DNA of 64,000 nucleotides, taken from positions 129,520,001 to 129,584,000 of the forward strand of contig NC_058368.1 of NCBI RefSeq assembly GCF_018350175.1, in the 5' to 3' direction. The position numbers and the translations under genes are program-made. Positions 50,924 through 62,740 of the stretch are shown here, in pieces. Source of the stretch: Felis catus. Its lineage: Eukaryota. Each line of letters begins with the position of its first letter. Positions within the stretch are counted from its first letter, which is position 1. The notes beneath the pieces were generated by a model. It did not search any database, had not been told where the DNA came from, and was given only the letters and a program-made list of their open reading frames with translations.

Positions 50924-51296
50924 AGATGCTAGATTTTAAATGCACTTAATCAATAGTAGGTACTTTATACCTAAAAAAGTTGGGACAGGAATGAGGCCAA
51001 AAAAAAAAAAAAAAAGTGACCAAAATGAATTCTGTATACCGGTTGTCCACACAGCTTAAACTCACCCATGAAATGGCAGCTCTCTGCTTTACTCCAGCTT
51101 ATGAATAACTGCCCTCGAATAAGACCTGGAAGTTTGATGTCTAAGTCAACCCGAAAGAAAATTAAACAGTTGTAGTTAAAACTATATTATTTCCTAACAA
51201 ACTTTCCAATAAGTTTTCAGATGTTTCTAAGCACATTTATATTTCCCTTTCTGCTTCATTATCTTCATTATTTCCCATAAAGATTATTGGTGGTAA

Positions 51297-51528
51297 GGGG
51301 AGCCTGGGTGACTCAGTCAGTTAAGTGTCTGACTTCAGCTCAGATCATGATCCCATGTTTTGTGATTTCGAGCCCCATGTCAGGCTCTATTGGATTCCAT
51401 GTCTCCCTCTGTTTCTGCCCCTCCCCTGCCCATTCTCTCTCTCCCTCTCCCTTCCTCCCTCTCTCGCTCTCCCTTTCTCTCTCTCTCTCTTGCTCAAAAA
51501 GAAATAAATAAACATTAAAAAAAAATTT
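51297..51528 (+). mobile_element. Can-SINE
   Basis: TSD AAGATTATTGG(T/C)GGT (51280-51294 / 51529-51543). Confidence 0.94.
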
Positions 51529-51567
51529 AAGATTATTGGCGGTGGAAAACTTTATAGCTTAGTCTTT

Positions 51568-51774
51568 TTTTTTTTAAGTTTATTTGGAGAGAGTATATGT
51601 GTGTGTGACAACAGGGGGAGGGCCACAGAGAGAGAGGAGAGAGAAAATCCCAAGCAGGTTCTGCACTGTCACCATGGAAGCCAACGTGGGGCTTGATCTC
51701 ACAAACTGTGACTTCATGACCTGAGCTGAAGTCAAGAGTCAGGCATTTAACCGACTGAGCCACCCAGGTATCCC
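51568..51774 (-). mobile_element. Can-SINE
   Basis: TSD TATAGCTTAGTCTTT / TATAATTTAGTCTTT (51553-51567 / 51775-51789). Confidence 0.94.
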
Positions 51775-52032
51775 TATAATTTAGTCTTTAGTGAGGAAAT
51801 ATTCTGATGGGCTCATGTCTGACTTTGAGAAAGAATTAACATTTCCCAGAAGTGGAGACAGTGACTGTCAGGACTTTGTGGCCCACTCTTTGGGAGAGTG
51901 GGAACATCTTTATTCATAAAAAGGATATTTGCATCTCATTAGGCTAAAGCATAACTTTGTTATTGTTGCTCATCTGAGTTCAAATATGTGTAGAAGTCTG
52001 TATATGTGCACACAGTAGCTAAAGAAAAGGAC

Positions 52033-52076
52033 TGTGACAAATATTAAGCCATCATATTATTGTATAAAATGTATTA

Positions 52077-52108
<32 letters not shown>

Positions 52109-52740
52109 TGAGTTCCACACCCCCATTGCTGTACTGAGGTAGGGACTGCACAAACCATATTTCTCCTTTGTCGGTTGGCCGCATGCTAGTTCCTGCCAAT
52201 AAGGAGGTGCTAGAGAGAAATTGGAAGGCAGGAGGAAGGAGAAGGCATTTGCTGCTTCCTGTTGGCCTGCTTGCTCCCTGTCATTATTGTTCCATCTGTG
52301 ACCCTTCACCCAGTCAGTGGAGGTTGGTTCTAGCTGTGAGTGTGTCCCATGTGTGGCTTCTTTCTGTACTTGCAGAATCACCCTTGTCACATGCCACTCA
52401 GCAAGACCAGTAGCTGAACCCCAGCTTCCTAAGCTCCTGGGTGTCAGGAACTCTGCCTTCAAGGTCCTGAACTAATGTAGCAGTTGGATGATGCCCCCTG
52501 CTCAATGCCAGCTCTGCAAGGCACCGCTTCTGAGTTTCCAAGTTTTGATAACCCCAACCTCTTCCCTTCTTGTGGGGTTATTATCTCTGGGATCTCTCAG
52601 TGTTCTCCTTTTCTTTTCTTTTTTTTTTTTTTTAGTACTGCAACACCTGTTACCAATTTCTTATATTACTTTATATCCCAAAAAAAACCCCCAAAAAATA
52701 GCTAGTGTGGTTTCCATGTTCAGGAGTCCTGACTGATCCT
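52033..52740 (+). mobile_element. ERVL LTR (LTR40-like), containing (TTA)n at 52072-52108
   Basis: GGGACTGCACAAACCATATTTCTCCTTTG..CTGCCAATAAGGAGGTGCTAGAGAGA..GGAAGGCAGGAGGAAGG..AACCCCAACCTCTTCCC..AATAGCTAGTGTGGTTTC..CCTGACTGAT. Confidence 0.7.
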
Positions 52741-54178
52741 TGAGTGTAACAGATGTCTCCTTGTGGGGGGAAGAGTGGAGGAGCGAACAGAGATTGCTTA
52801 TAGACAGACGACTTTAAGAAACACTGAGCTGAGTTAAGTTTGAAAGGTTTCTGTACAACAGGACTTACCAGAGTCTGTGCATATGCTACTGTGCAATGAT
52901 TGCAAACTTTCAAGGGAAGGACATTTCCCAAACTTAAGTGAGCATGGAACCCGTTCAAGTGCAAAGTAGGTTGTGAGATTAATGCTCCATAGGGTGCACA
53001 TTCAGAGATGTCGGACTCAAGTAATAGGTCCTGGAACTCCCAGAAAACTTCTCTATTATCAATAGCAAAATACATGACACCCTGCATTATCTTGCCCAAT
53101 AGAAGGTACTTTATTTAAAACAAAATAAAAATCTGGGGAGATCTACAATACATTCATTTCAGGCCAGGTCCCCCCAGACAAAGCAAAGGGGAGAATAGAG
53201 GCAATTTTTTAAAAAAGAAAGTACCAACATTTTGGTGAATATTCCAGATATTTACATGGCTAGAAAATTCCTCCTGAAGTACATTCTCTTAACAGTTTCA
53301 ACTGAAAGATTGACCTTTGGTTCTCTCTGTATTGGTGTGTTATTGCTAATTTATTATTAGTGAAAATTCTGTCCAGGTCTCTGGTCCAGCTAGCTAGAGA
53401 GCTTTTAATTCTCCAGTATCCTGCAATTATGAATTCCACCAGCTGAAGAAATTCACTTTCCTTTTTATAAATCAAGTGCACAATGATTTATATATTTAAC
53501 ATCAAAGAGAATTTGAGGCAAAAAGAATTGCCATATAAGGGACTTTTGTGGCCAGGTCTGCAGCCAAAATTCAGTGAAAACTGTCCAGTGAATGCGGATG
53601 TTGGGAACAAGGTCTGTCATACCTTCTGTCATACCTTCTCTGCGTTTCTATTATCATTTCCACTGTGAAAACCCTCTAGCCTATTAAGCTCTAGTCCATT
53701 AAGCTCTCTGTTCTCTGAACTCTGATGGTATTTGTGGTTTGCACCCTAATTTGGGTATGTCAGAAGTGCATTTACATTGTTGTTTATTTATAAACATAAA
53801 TGCCATGTCTCTAAGTGAATTGCAAATTCTTTGATAACAAGGACCATGGGGTATGGCTACAGTAACCATAATATCTGGATATGGCCTGAAAAAGAATGCT
53901 TCTGATATCCAAGTTGATTCATATGAAAAGTATTATACGTTTAAAGAGCAGTATTTGCAGATAGGAAAGAAATTACACAGAATCTAGATTTGGGGACAGG
54001 AGTGGGTTATGAAGCCAGTATAAACATCTGTTTGTTCTAGATCTTAGTGCCTTGCTTGTAATAGGTGTTTGGTAAATGCAAGTTGATGATAATGGTAATC
54101 ATAGAATTAGAATATTTGGGATTTTCCTGGGATCTCAAATGGAGCAGACTAAAGGGGCACTCATTTGAGCAAACATTT

Positions 54179-54399
54179 TGTTTTTAATTTTTTTAATGTT
54201 TTTATTTATTTTTGAAGGAGAGAGAGACAGAGCCTGAGTAGGGGAGGAGCAGAGAGAGAGGGAGACATAGAATTTGAAGCAGGCTCCAGGCTGTAAGCTG
54301 TCAGCACAGAGCCCGATGCAGGGCTCGAACTCACCGACTGTGAGTTCATGACCTGAGCCAAAGTCGGACGCCCAACCGACTGAGCCACCCAGGCGCCCC
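54179..54399 (-). mobile_element. Can-SINE (felid type)
   Basis: TSD TGAGCAAAC(A/G)TTT (54166-54178 / 54403-54415). Confidence 0.95.
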
Positions 54400-54449
54400 C
54401 CCTGAGCAAACGTTTATTAAATTCCAGCTATAGAAAGAATAGATCTGGA

Positions 54450-54680
54450 AGTAACATGGAAAGAACACTGATTTTGAATCAATCAGAATATGGTACTTTA
54501 AACGCCTACTGATTCACTGAGACTTTGAGCAAGTACTTAACTTTCCTCAAGGTCAATTTCCCACTCTATAAAAGAAAGATAATAACTACTTCAAGTTCTT
54601 ACTGTGATGATCACATGAAGTGCTAGTATATCACACATTTGACACTTAGTAGGTTCTTAATAACTAGTGGTAGTAGTAGT
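54450..54680 (+). mobile_element. MIR
   Basis: GGAAAGAACACTGATTTTGAATCA..TTTGAGCAAGTACTTAACTTTC..TTTCCCACTCTATAAAA..TGACACTTAGTAGG. Confidence 0.7.
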
Positions 54681-54694
54681 TGCTGTTGCTGATA

Positions 54695-54889
54695 GATGTT
54701 TTTAAAGTTCATTTATTATACACACGTGAGTGGGGAAGGGGCAGAGAGAGAGGGAGAGAGAATCCCCAGCAGGCTCCACGCTGTCAGCACAGAGCCTAAA
54801 GTGGGGCTTGAACTCACAGACCATGAGATCTTGACCTGAGCTGAAATTAAGAGTTGGATGCTTAACCAACTGAGCCACCCAGGTGCCCC
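54695..54889 (-). mobile_element. Can-SINE
   Basis: TSD TGTTGCTG(A/T)TA (54684-54694 / 54890-54900). Confidence 0.93.
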
Positions 54890-55002
54890 TGTTGCTGTTA
54901 TTTTTACAGAAAGCTTGTACCTACATGACCAGAATCAACAGTCACCCCCCCCGGGGTGAAGGTATTCACCTACCCTTTCCACTGTCTACAACCCCAAGCA
55001 CA

Positions 55003-55114
55003 GGGGTGCCTGGCTGGCTCAGTTCGTGGAGCATGTGACTCTTGAATTTAACATTGTGAGTTCAAGTCCCTTGTTGGGTATAGAGATTACTTAAAAATAT
55101 AACCTTTACAAAAA
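55003..55114 (+). mobile_element. Short tRNA-Lys-derived SINE (SINEC_old-like)
   Basis: GGGGTGCCTGGCTGGCTCAG..GAGCATGTGACTCTTGA..GTGAGTTCAAG..TTGGGTATAGAGATTACTTAAAAAT; lacks the CT linker. Confidence 0.88.
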
Positions 55115-55805
55115 ATCCAAAGCAGAATTCATTCCCCTGGGTTTAAGGATGATGCCCTTTATATTTCTCAAGGCATTAATCCACTGTCAATATTTATTGC
55201 TTAACGTGCATTTGTTTATCAGCCCTTATAGCTAACCGATGCATTGATTCACTCACATAGCAATCATGTACTGAGGCATTCCTCTGCCACAGACACTTGA
55301 AAGGACAAACAATTACAGAGGAGAGCAAAATGCTCATGAGCTTTGCCCTCACGGGACTTGAAGTCTTGCCATGTATTTGCTTGAGAGGCAAGTCAAGAGA
55401 GTACAGAGGGAAAGGAAGGGCCATGCAATGCAACTAAAGTTGGAAGGATAAAGCCTATCAGTAAGAGCCTTATGTAACTCTACCTTGTTGCCTAGAACTC
55501 CCCTGGATCAATTTGCAGGGGAGGAGACAATGTCTACAGAAGATTTAGGTAATAATGAGGTGTTTTCTTTAACAAATCAATATGTGGCTTTGTTATCCAG
55601 AGAGTGGGCAGTTTTGCATTCCTCAAAGCCATGCCACCTCTGCCCACTGCACACAGGACAGTGAGTCAGTGTGCAAGACTCCTGAGGGCTGTCATCCTGT
55701 ACAGGCACATCATAACTGGGGGCATATCCCCCTCGACAGGGCTGATGCTTTCTTCTGAACAATAGAAAAAAGACTTCCTAAATGAGTTCATGCTTAAAAA
55801 AATAA

Positions 55806-56006
55806 GAGGCACCTGGGTGGCTCAGTCAGTTAAGCATCCAACTTCAGCTCAGGTCATGATGTCACGGTTTGTGAGTTCGAGACCCACATCGGGATGTCTG
55901 CTGTCAGCACAGAGCCTGCTTCAGATCCTCTGTCTTCCTCTCTTTTCCCCTTCCTCTCTCTCTCTCTCTTTCTCAAAAATAAACATAAAAAAAATTTTAA
56001 TCTTAT
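55806..56006 (+). mobile_element. Can-SINE
   Basis: TSD TTAAAAAAATAA (55794-55805 / 56007-56018). Confidence 0.94.
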
Positions 56007-56049
56007 TTAAAAAAATAAAAGGCCAGCAGTAGACTTATTACAAGAATGA

Positions 56050-57620
56050 ACTGTTTTAGAGTGGTGTCATTTGCATGCAAACAATAATTAGGGTAATTAA
56101 GCAGGCTTGGATGGACCCGTGTTTGTCCCCACCCACCTATCCATCGGTTTTGCATTTCGTTATACTTGGAAAACAATGCAAGTGGAGGTCTTTCAAAACA
56201 GTTTGTAATTCAAATCGTCGTGACTTCATGCTGACCTTAACTCCCAATTCATCCAAATCAGTAAGACTGAACTCTAGTTTCTCAAAGCTTTGGGGGGCTG
56301 ATTAGAGGAAACCTGCAACATTTTCTCTTGAATTATCCCAAGTCCACCACAGAATGGCCGTTCCCCTTGCACTTGACTGGCCGCATGCACACATTGAGAA
56401 ATTTGGGACCACTTCTGCCCAGAGCCATTCCTTCCTTTTACCCACGAGATAATCAAGTTGCGGTCTCGAATGAGGATGAATTGCCTGACATATTTTATAA
56501 TTTATGAGACTGTTGCATCTGATGTGAAACGATCAAGTTTTATGATCTATGTCTGCGTTTGTAGTTTATTGACTCAGAGTTTGCGTATTTAGCTTCTCGA
56601 AATGGATTTAATGTGGCCAGATTAGCTGGCCCTTTTTATGAAGGCCAGCTTGATCGCTACCCAGGAGTTACAGAGCCCCTCCTAATCCCTTCAATATCCC
56701 CTCAATATTAAGGCTGATTCAAAGCTGCATGTGTGCCTCATCAGAGTAATGACAGCAACAATTCCTCATATTTGTATAATGCTTAATATTTTTCAAAGCA
56801 CTGTTGTTAAATGTCATACCCTCCCAAACCGGGTTCAGTGATAGGAAACTGAGAAGAATCTCATTTTCCTCATTAAAATCAAGTAAAAAAATGTTAATAC
56901 CAGAGGAAATGGAGCTGCCAGTCCCTCGGTTCCACATTCATTAGCAGAATCCTGCTAAAAATTGCCTGCGATTCACGTTGTGCCGCTCAGTCGTGGACAG
57001 TCGAACCGGTCTCACTGCCTCCCCTCGGGTTCTGCAGAGAGCCCAGCTGCTCTTCTCTTTAGCTCTCCTCCACGGACACACAGGGTGATCTGTCGGGGGC
57101 AGGGGCCACGAGGAGCAGCAAGCCGGCTGCCCCCCCTCAGGTGGCCCCCCTGCCAGCTATGATCAGTGTCACCAGGCAGAGCCCTCTCGACTGCCCTCTG
57201 AATCTGATTTCCTCCTTCGGGTTTTTCCTCTGCTCGCCGCAGTCAGTCCAGAGATGTTAGGCCCTCGAAGCTGGCACGAGCGCAGTCATGAGTCTTCACC
57301 TGCTAAGTGGCTCTGGGACTTTCCACAGTCCTTAAGATCTAACAAGCCACACTCCCTGCAATCACAGCTTTGCTAAGGGTCCCCGCCACCAGCAAAAGAA
57401 GTCAGAGCAGGCAGAGCCCACAGGGATGCTGGGAAGCCTGGCAGAGGGAGCCGGAAGCAGGTCAGCTTCTAAAGGCTCCAGCAGCATTTTACCGGTTTGC
57501 ACGTTTGTTCCACTCCGGAGGCGACTGTGTGTGTCTGACCTTGGCCTGGCTCCCAAAATTGAAAGTGGAGCAAGCATCCGTGTGCTCTGTCTCTCGCTTC
57601 ACTATCCCTAATGCAAGTCT
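56050..57620. promoter_or_regulatory. Candidate conserved enhancer / CpG-enriched regulatory region
   Basis: No recognisable repeats over 1.6 kb; clustered TTTATGA, TAATTA, AACAAT, TGACAG and TTCAAAG motifs; about 26 CpG in 56950-57600. Confidence 0.45.
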
Positions 57621-57784
57621 CTTTACGACTACAAAAATCTAAGTGCTATGTTACAGAATACCTTTAATCCTGTTGTACCTTGCTCTCTTCCCTCAACAGC
57701 ACCATTGGCGCACCTAGAAAGTACCTGGGCACCTCAATGACAGCATGAGCAATTGTCCACTCTTTTCATATTTCTGGCAGGAGA

Positions 57785-58190
57785 CATGGTAGCCAGTAGT
57801 GCTGGTCGCAAAATACTTACAGCTCTCTGCCTTCAGGTACATGTAGGGTATACCTCCCGGCTCTTCTCTGAAGTCAGGCAAAGCATGGGACTTGCTCTGT
57901 GCAATAAACAGAGAGCATAAGTGACGTGTGTCACTTCCAGGGGAAGCCCTCACAGCCTGAGTGTGACTTGCCATATTCTTGACCCCTGGCCTCCTCCAGT
58001 GATGGTGGAGACACATTTCAAGAGAAAACCTCCATCCTCCTGGGCCTGGGTGATTGTGATGAACAGATCCCAACAGCCAGCTGACACGGGACACAGAGCA
58101 TGAATAGAAAATAAAAGATCTATTATGTGGTGCCACAGAGAGCTTTGAGTTGTTCGTTATTACGGCACAAACTGGCCTAATTTGAGTACA
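57785..58190 (+). mobile_element. MaLR LTR (MLT1I-like)
   Basis: TGAAGTCAGGC..CATGGGACTTGCTCTG..AAGTGACGTGTGTCACTTCC..GCATGAATAGAAAATAAA..GCCACAGAGA..GTTGTTCGTTA. Confidence 0.8.
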
Positions 58191-59324
58191 CGAGCAGAGA
58201 AAGGCCCTGGCAAGATTCGGAAACCAGCCCCTGGAAGCTCAGTCAAATGGTTCAGCAGTTTAGGAAGTTGCCTGACCTCTGTTGAAGAGAGTGTGCAAAG
58301 CAGCTCAGCAGCCCTGATTTGACAAAGCAGAGGGCAGGCACTGCTGCCCCTACCGCCATGGCTGACATGATAGGTAAAATGTATAGCTTGTTGTCAAGAT
58401 AATTCCGCTTCCTGAAAGTCTCTCTCCTTTTGGAGAGGGCACACATTACACATTTTCTTCCCTACATTTTCAGAAACAAAGGAAGAGAAAAAAAAGGATC
58501 CTGCCAAACAGCATTTATATTTAGCATGCGCCATATGCACATGTGCGGTACAGAGCACAAAGACATGTGGCAGTCCCGCCGGATTGAAATCAGCAGGATA
58601 GAGAGCAGGAGATATAATATGTAAGTGCGAGACTCACAGGCGTATAAATGTAGGCATTTCTGAGAACAGAATGGCTCTTTGTGTCTTGACTTCACAAGAT
58701 TCTTCAGTAGCCACTTCAGAATATTCTAGGGGAGCATAATCTTTAGATGCAAGGCCATGAGTGAAAGGAGGGCTCTGTGGGCAAATGGTCTTTGAAGTGG
58801 AGTGCAGTTACTTAGGGCCCCTGCAGGTTCTTGCTAATCCACTTGACTACATCCTCCACTGCGGAGCTCACTTCTGAATGGGAAGTTTTTCTCCTTAGAG
58901 TCACAGAGGGACAAAATATTTTGAGGGGAAGATGGCGTCTAGCAGCAGCAAAGCCACGCTCACAACTGAGCGCTTGATGGTTATGAAGGGGGCATGAGAA
59001 GCAAGAGCTTAGGCCCTAAAGAGGGAACTGAATCTAGGAAACTGCAAATAAGGTAGCAAAGCAAACACATGCATACACAACAGGAAGCAGGATGGTATGA
59101 TGACTCCCCACCAGCTTTAACCAGCAGGTGAGTGTTACAGAGAGAGGCTTTTGCCCATACCCAGCTCCCACGAGGAGAGGTTTTCTCTGAATACACACAA
59201 GGCTGTCCATGGCCCTTTACACACACCACCCCTAGAGAGCAGTGATTTTATTGATTAGATCTATGGATTATCCTTTTAATGGATAAAAACAAACCTTCTA
59301 TTAGTCTGATGAAATTCAGAATAT

Positions 59325-61079
59325 TTTGCTGTGCATATTTTTGTTGGGTTTATTCCTATGAGTGAAGTTTCTGGGTTGCTAGGTATTCATATTTTTTTAA
59401 TGTTTATTTATTTATTTTGAGAGAATGAGAGAACAAGAAGGGAAGGGGCAGAGGGAGAGAGGAAGAGATGGAATCCCAAGTAGGCTCTGTCCTGTCAGCA
59501 CAAAGCCCAATGTGGGGCCCGAACTCATGAACCACAAGATCATGACCTGAGCCACAGTCAAGAGTTGAACACTTAACCAACTGAGCCACTGAGGTGCCCC
59601 TCATATATTTTATTAGACACTACCCATGAGGTTTCCAAGTGTGTACAACTTTGCACTCCCACTAGCAGCCTCACCAGTGCTTGGAGCTGTCATTGATGTT
59701 TTGTTGGCTTGTTTTTTTGTTTTGCTTTGTTTTAGTGTTTCTGGTGTATGTTTTGTTTGTAGTTTTAATTTGTAATTATGTTAAACACTTTTTTAATTTG
59801 TAATGATAAGCACCTTTTCATATGCTCAGTCACCATTAAGGCATATTTTGGATGAAGTGCCTGTTCAAGTCTTTCTCATTTTCTGATAGGAATATCAGCC
59901 ATTTATTTGTAGGAGTGCTTGTTATATAGTAGGAATGAGTCCTTCACTGCATATGTGTGTTGCAGTTATCTCCTGTTCTTTGGCTTGCTTTTTTGTGTTT
60001 TAATGATGGCTTTTGATGAGCAGAAGTTCTTAATGAAGTCCAATTTATCTTTTTTTTTATACTTAATGCATTTTGTTCTAAGACATCTGCCTACCCCAGC
60101 CATGTCTTCCTGTAATTTCTTCTGAAACCTTAATTGTTTTAGCTTTCATTTTCCAATCTATGATCCACTTCAAATTAATTTTTGCACACAGTATGAGAAA
60201 GGGGTCAATTTTCATCTTTTCCCCTACATTAACATCTAGTTTCTAGTATCTGTTATTGCAGTGACATTCTTTTCCCCCACTGAATTACAATAGTGCCCTG
60301 GCCCTAAATTAAGTGACTGTATGTGTGTGGTTCTATTTCTGGACTCTGTATTGTCTTCACTCATCTATTGGTTCATCCTCATGCCTTTACCATCCACTAA
60401 CTTAATTACTATAGTTTCTAACATGTTTTGAAGTCTGGTAGTATATGTGCTCCAACTTTGTTTTTTGCTGAGTATCTCTTTGCTATTCTTGACCCTTTGA
60501 ATGTCCATATAAGCTTTAGAATCAGCTTGCGAGCACTTCAAAACCACCCCCCTAGGAGTCTGATAGGGGTTGTACTGAACCTATAGGTCAAATGGTAAGA
60601 ACTGATGTCTTAACAATACTGAATCTTTAAACCCACAAATAAGGTATATCTCTGAATTGATTTAGATCAGCATATTTAGTAGATTTTGTGTAGAAGTCCT
60701 ATCCATTCTTTGTTTGACTTATTTATAAGATTAAACATGATAATTGTTTGTTGCCAGCATAAATACAACTGACCTTATATATTGACCTTAGTAAATTCAC
60801 TTATTAGTTATAATAGTTTATTTGTACTTTCTGAATTTCCATATACAAATTATGTAGTCTGAAAATAATGACAGTTAAATTTCTTCTTCTCTGATCCTTT
60901 TACTTTTTAGATATTTTTCTAGGCATTTATATTGCCTAGAATCACTTGTAAAATGTTCAAGTGGTACCCTACATCCTTACTTCATTCCTGCTCTCAGAGG
61001 AAAAGCTTTCAGTATTTCACCATTAGATGTTATTTTTTTATAAATTTTTATGTATATCTTACTATCAGATTAAGCAGTT
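59325..61079 (-). mobile_element. Old L1M ORF2 segment (inverted 5' part), interrupted by a SINE
   Basis: TTGGGTTTATTCCTATGAGTGAA, GAAGTGCCTGTTCAAGTCTTT, TTTAGAATCAGCTTG, TCTTAACAATACTGAATCTT and CTTTCAGTATTTCACCATTA in antisense L1 order. Confidence 0.85.
59393..59600 (-). mobile_element. Can-SINE
   Basis: Full-length antisense copy; flanking TCATAT..TTTT. Confidence 0.94.
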
Positions 61080-61330
61080 GTATAGGTATACCAAAATGCA
61101 CACACAAAGGTGTTAATAAACAGCAGAATTCATAAAAGCAAAAAACTAGAAACATCCTAAACATTTGTGAACAGTAGAATGTATCAGTGTGGTATATCCA
61201 TACATAGTCTATGCAATGGAATACTATACAGAAGTATACAATGATGAGTTTCTCCTATAGTAGACAACACGGTGATTATCACACACATAATGTTCGATGA
61301 AAGGACATAGTTATATATAATTCCTCATAT
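61080..61330 (+). mobile_element. Old L1M ORF2 end / start of 3'UTR (sense part)
   Basis: CAGCAGAATTCATAAAAGCAAAAAACTAGAAACATCCTAAA..AACAGTAGAATG..TGTGGTATATCCATACA..ATGGAATACTATACAG. Confidence 0.8.
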
Positions 61331-61512
61331 TTGGGTGGATTTTTCCCCCCATATTGCAGCCATCTGAAAGTTCTTATCCATATGTTAATTAGAAGAACAC
61401 CTGATTTCAATGTGACCATTCATGTTGGAAAATGCTTCTTTATCGCCTTATCATTCAATCTTGGTCATGTGCCATCATCACTATATATCTAGCCAGTTAA
61501 AATAATAGTTCC

Positions 61513-62068
61513 TGTGGCAAACACACCCTAAGGTGACCCCTCTTGAGTCATGTCCTAGTATAATCCCCTATATACCCCCTTGAGGGTAGACAGAATCTGT
61601 GATTTACTTCTAGCTCATAGAATGTGGAAAAGGTGATGGGATAGCCACTCCCTTGAATAGATGGCATTATAAAAGGCTCCATCTTCCTCTGAGTGTCTCC
61701 TGTAGGTTTTTAAAAAGTACGCTGCCATGTTGTAAGAGGGCATGGTAGGGAACCGCAGGTGGCTGGGAGCTAAAAGTGGCCCCAAATGACAATCAGCAAG
61801 AAAACTGGGCATCACCCCAAGGAACTAAAATCTGCCAACAACCACATGAGCTGCCAACAACTATATCAGACCCCTAGTTCTAGAAAAGAATGCAGCCATA
61901 GCTAATACCCTGATTATAGCTTTGTGAGACCCTAAGTAGAACACATCGCAAAGCTGTATCTGGACTCCAGACCCCCGGGGAACTGGAAGATGGTAAATGT
62001 ATCTTGTTTGAGGACACTGTGTTTGTGTTAATCTGTTACATAAACTGTATTAGTAGATAACTAATACA
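61513..62068 (+). mobile_element. MaLR solo LTR (MLT1E/F-like), full length
   Basis: TGTGG..CCCTAAGGTGACCCC..CAGCAAGAAAACTGGG..CAAGGAACT..CTGCCAACAACCACATGAGC..TAGATAACTAATACA; 5-bp TSD GTTCC / GTTCT. Confidence 0.88.
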
Positions 62069-62289
62069 GTTCTACTGACTGTCACTACACCTGTCTTTTC
62101 ATTCTGGAGGGAAGGGTAGCTATGGACCTAGAACCAGGGTAACCAATTTGGGAAATGCTTTGATGTTGACTAGTGGCCCTCGAAACCTGGTGCACAGCTG
62201 TCATCTGGGATCCCTCATACTCATACCTTTGCCATCTTATTCCCTTTTCCCATGTATTCCTCTCAGTTTAATTCCTTTTCTGAGTAGAA

Positions 62290-62740
62290 TACCTCCCTCA
62301 ACAGTTTCCTCAGAAATTATCTTACATTTTTAAGATCTTTCATATCTAAAATATATTCATTCTACACTTCTTTTTGATTGTTAGTTGGGCTCGATATAGA
62401 TTCTAGGTTGGAAATAGTTTTGAAGGCAGTGCTCCAACACAGTTGCTCTTGAGTTAACTGAGAAATTCTGATTCCTGATGCTTGGCATAACATCTGCTTC
62501 TGTTCCTCCTCTCTAGAAATCTGTAAGGTTCTCTCTTTGTTCCCAGTGTTCTGAATATTCCAGTAATATGTTTTGGTGAAAGTCTATATTCATCTATTGT
62601 TCTGGGCTTTCAGTGACCCCATTCATCCTGGAAACTCCAGTCTAACAGTCCAAAGGAATTCCCTTGAATCATAAGTCTCCCTCTATGTTCTCTGTTCTCT
62701 CTTTTGAGAGTTCCTGTTACCTAGATGTTGGACTGGTCTC
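62290..62740 (-). mobile_element. Ancient L1M/HAL1-like remnant
   Basis: TATAGATTCTAGGTTGGAAAT..TTTTGAAGGCAGTGCTCCA..TTCTGATTCCTGA..TCCCAGTGTTCTGAA..CTGGAAACTC. Confidence 0.6.

Noticed and set aside
52052..52462. 136-aa ORF with a poly-Asn tract
   Set aside because: The poly-N comes from the (TTA)n microsatellite; the rest is antisense LTR sequence
52671..53099. Longest ORF in the track (142 aa)
   Set aside because: Non-ATG start, no recognisable domain, ends inside an LTR; a length expected by chance in 64 kb
54942..54970. Overlapping hairpins TCACCCC..GGGGTGA and GGTGAA..TTCACC
   Set aside because: Short and low complexity; probably a template-switch scar with no supporting context
1884..59600. 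Repeated tRNA-like units that could suggest tRNA genes or an array
   Set aside because: They are dispersed SINE heads with CT linkers, A tails and individual TSDs; no regular repeat-spacer periodicity
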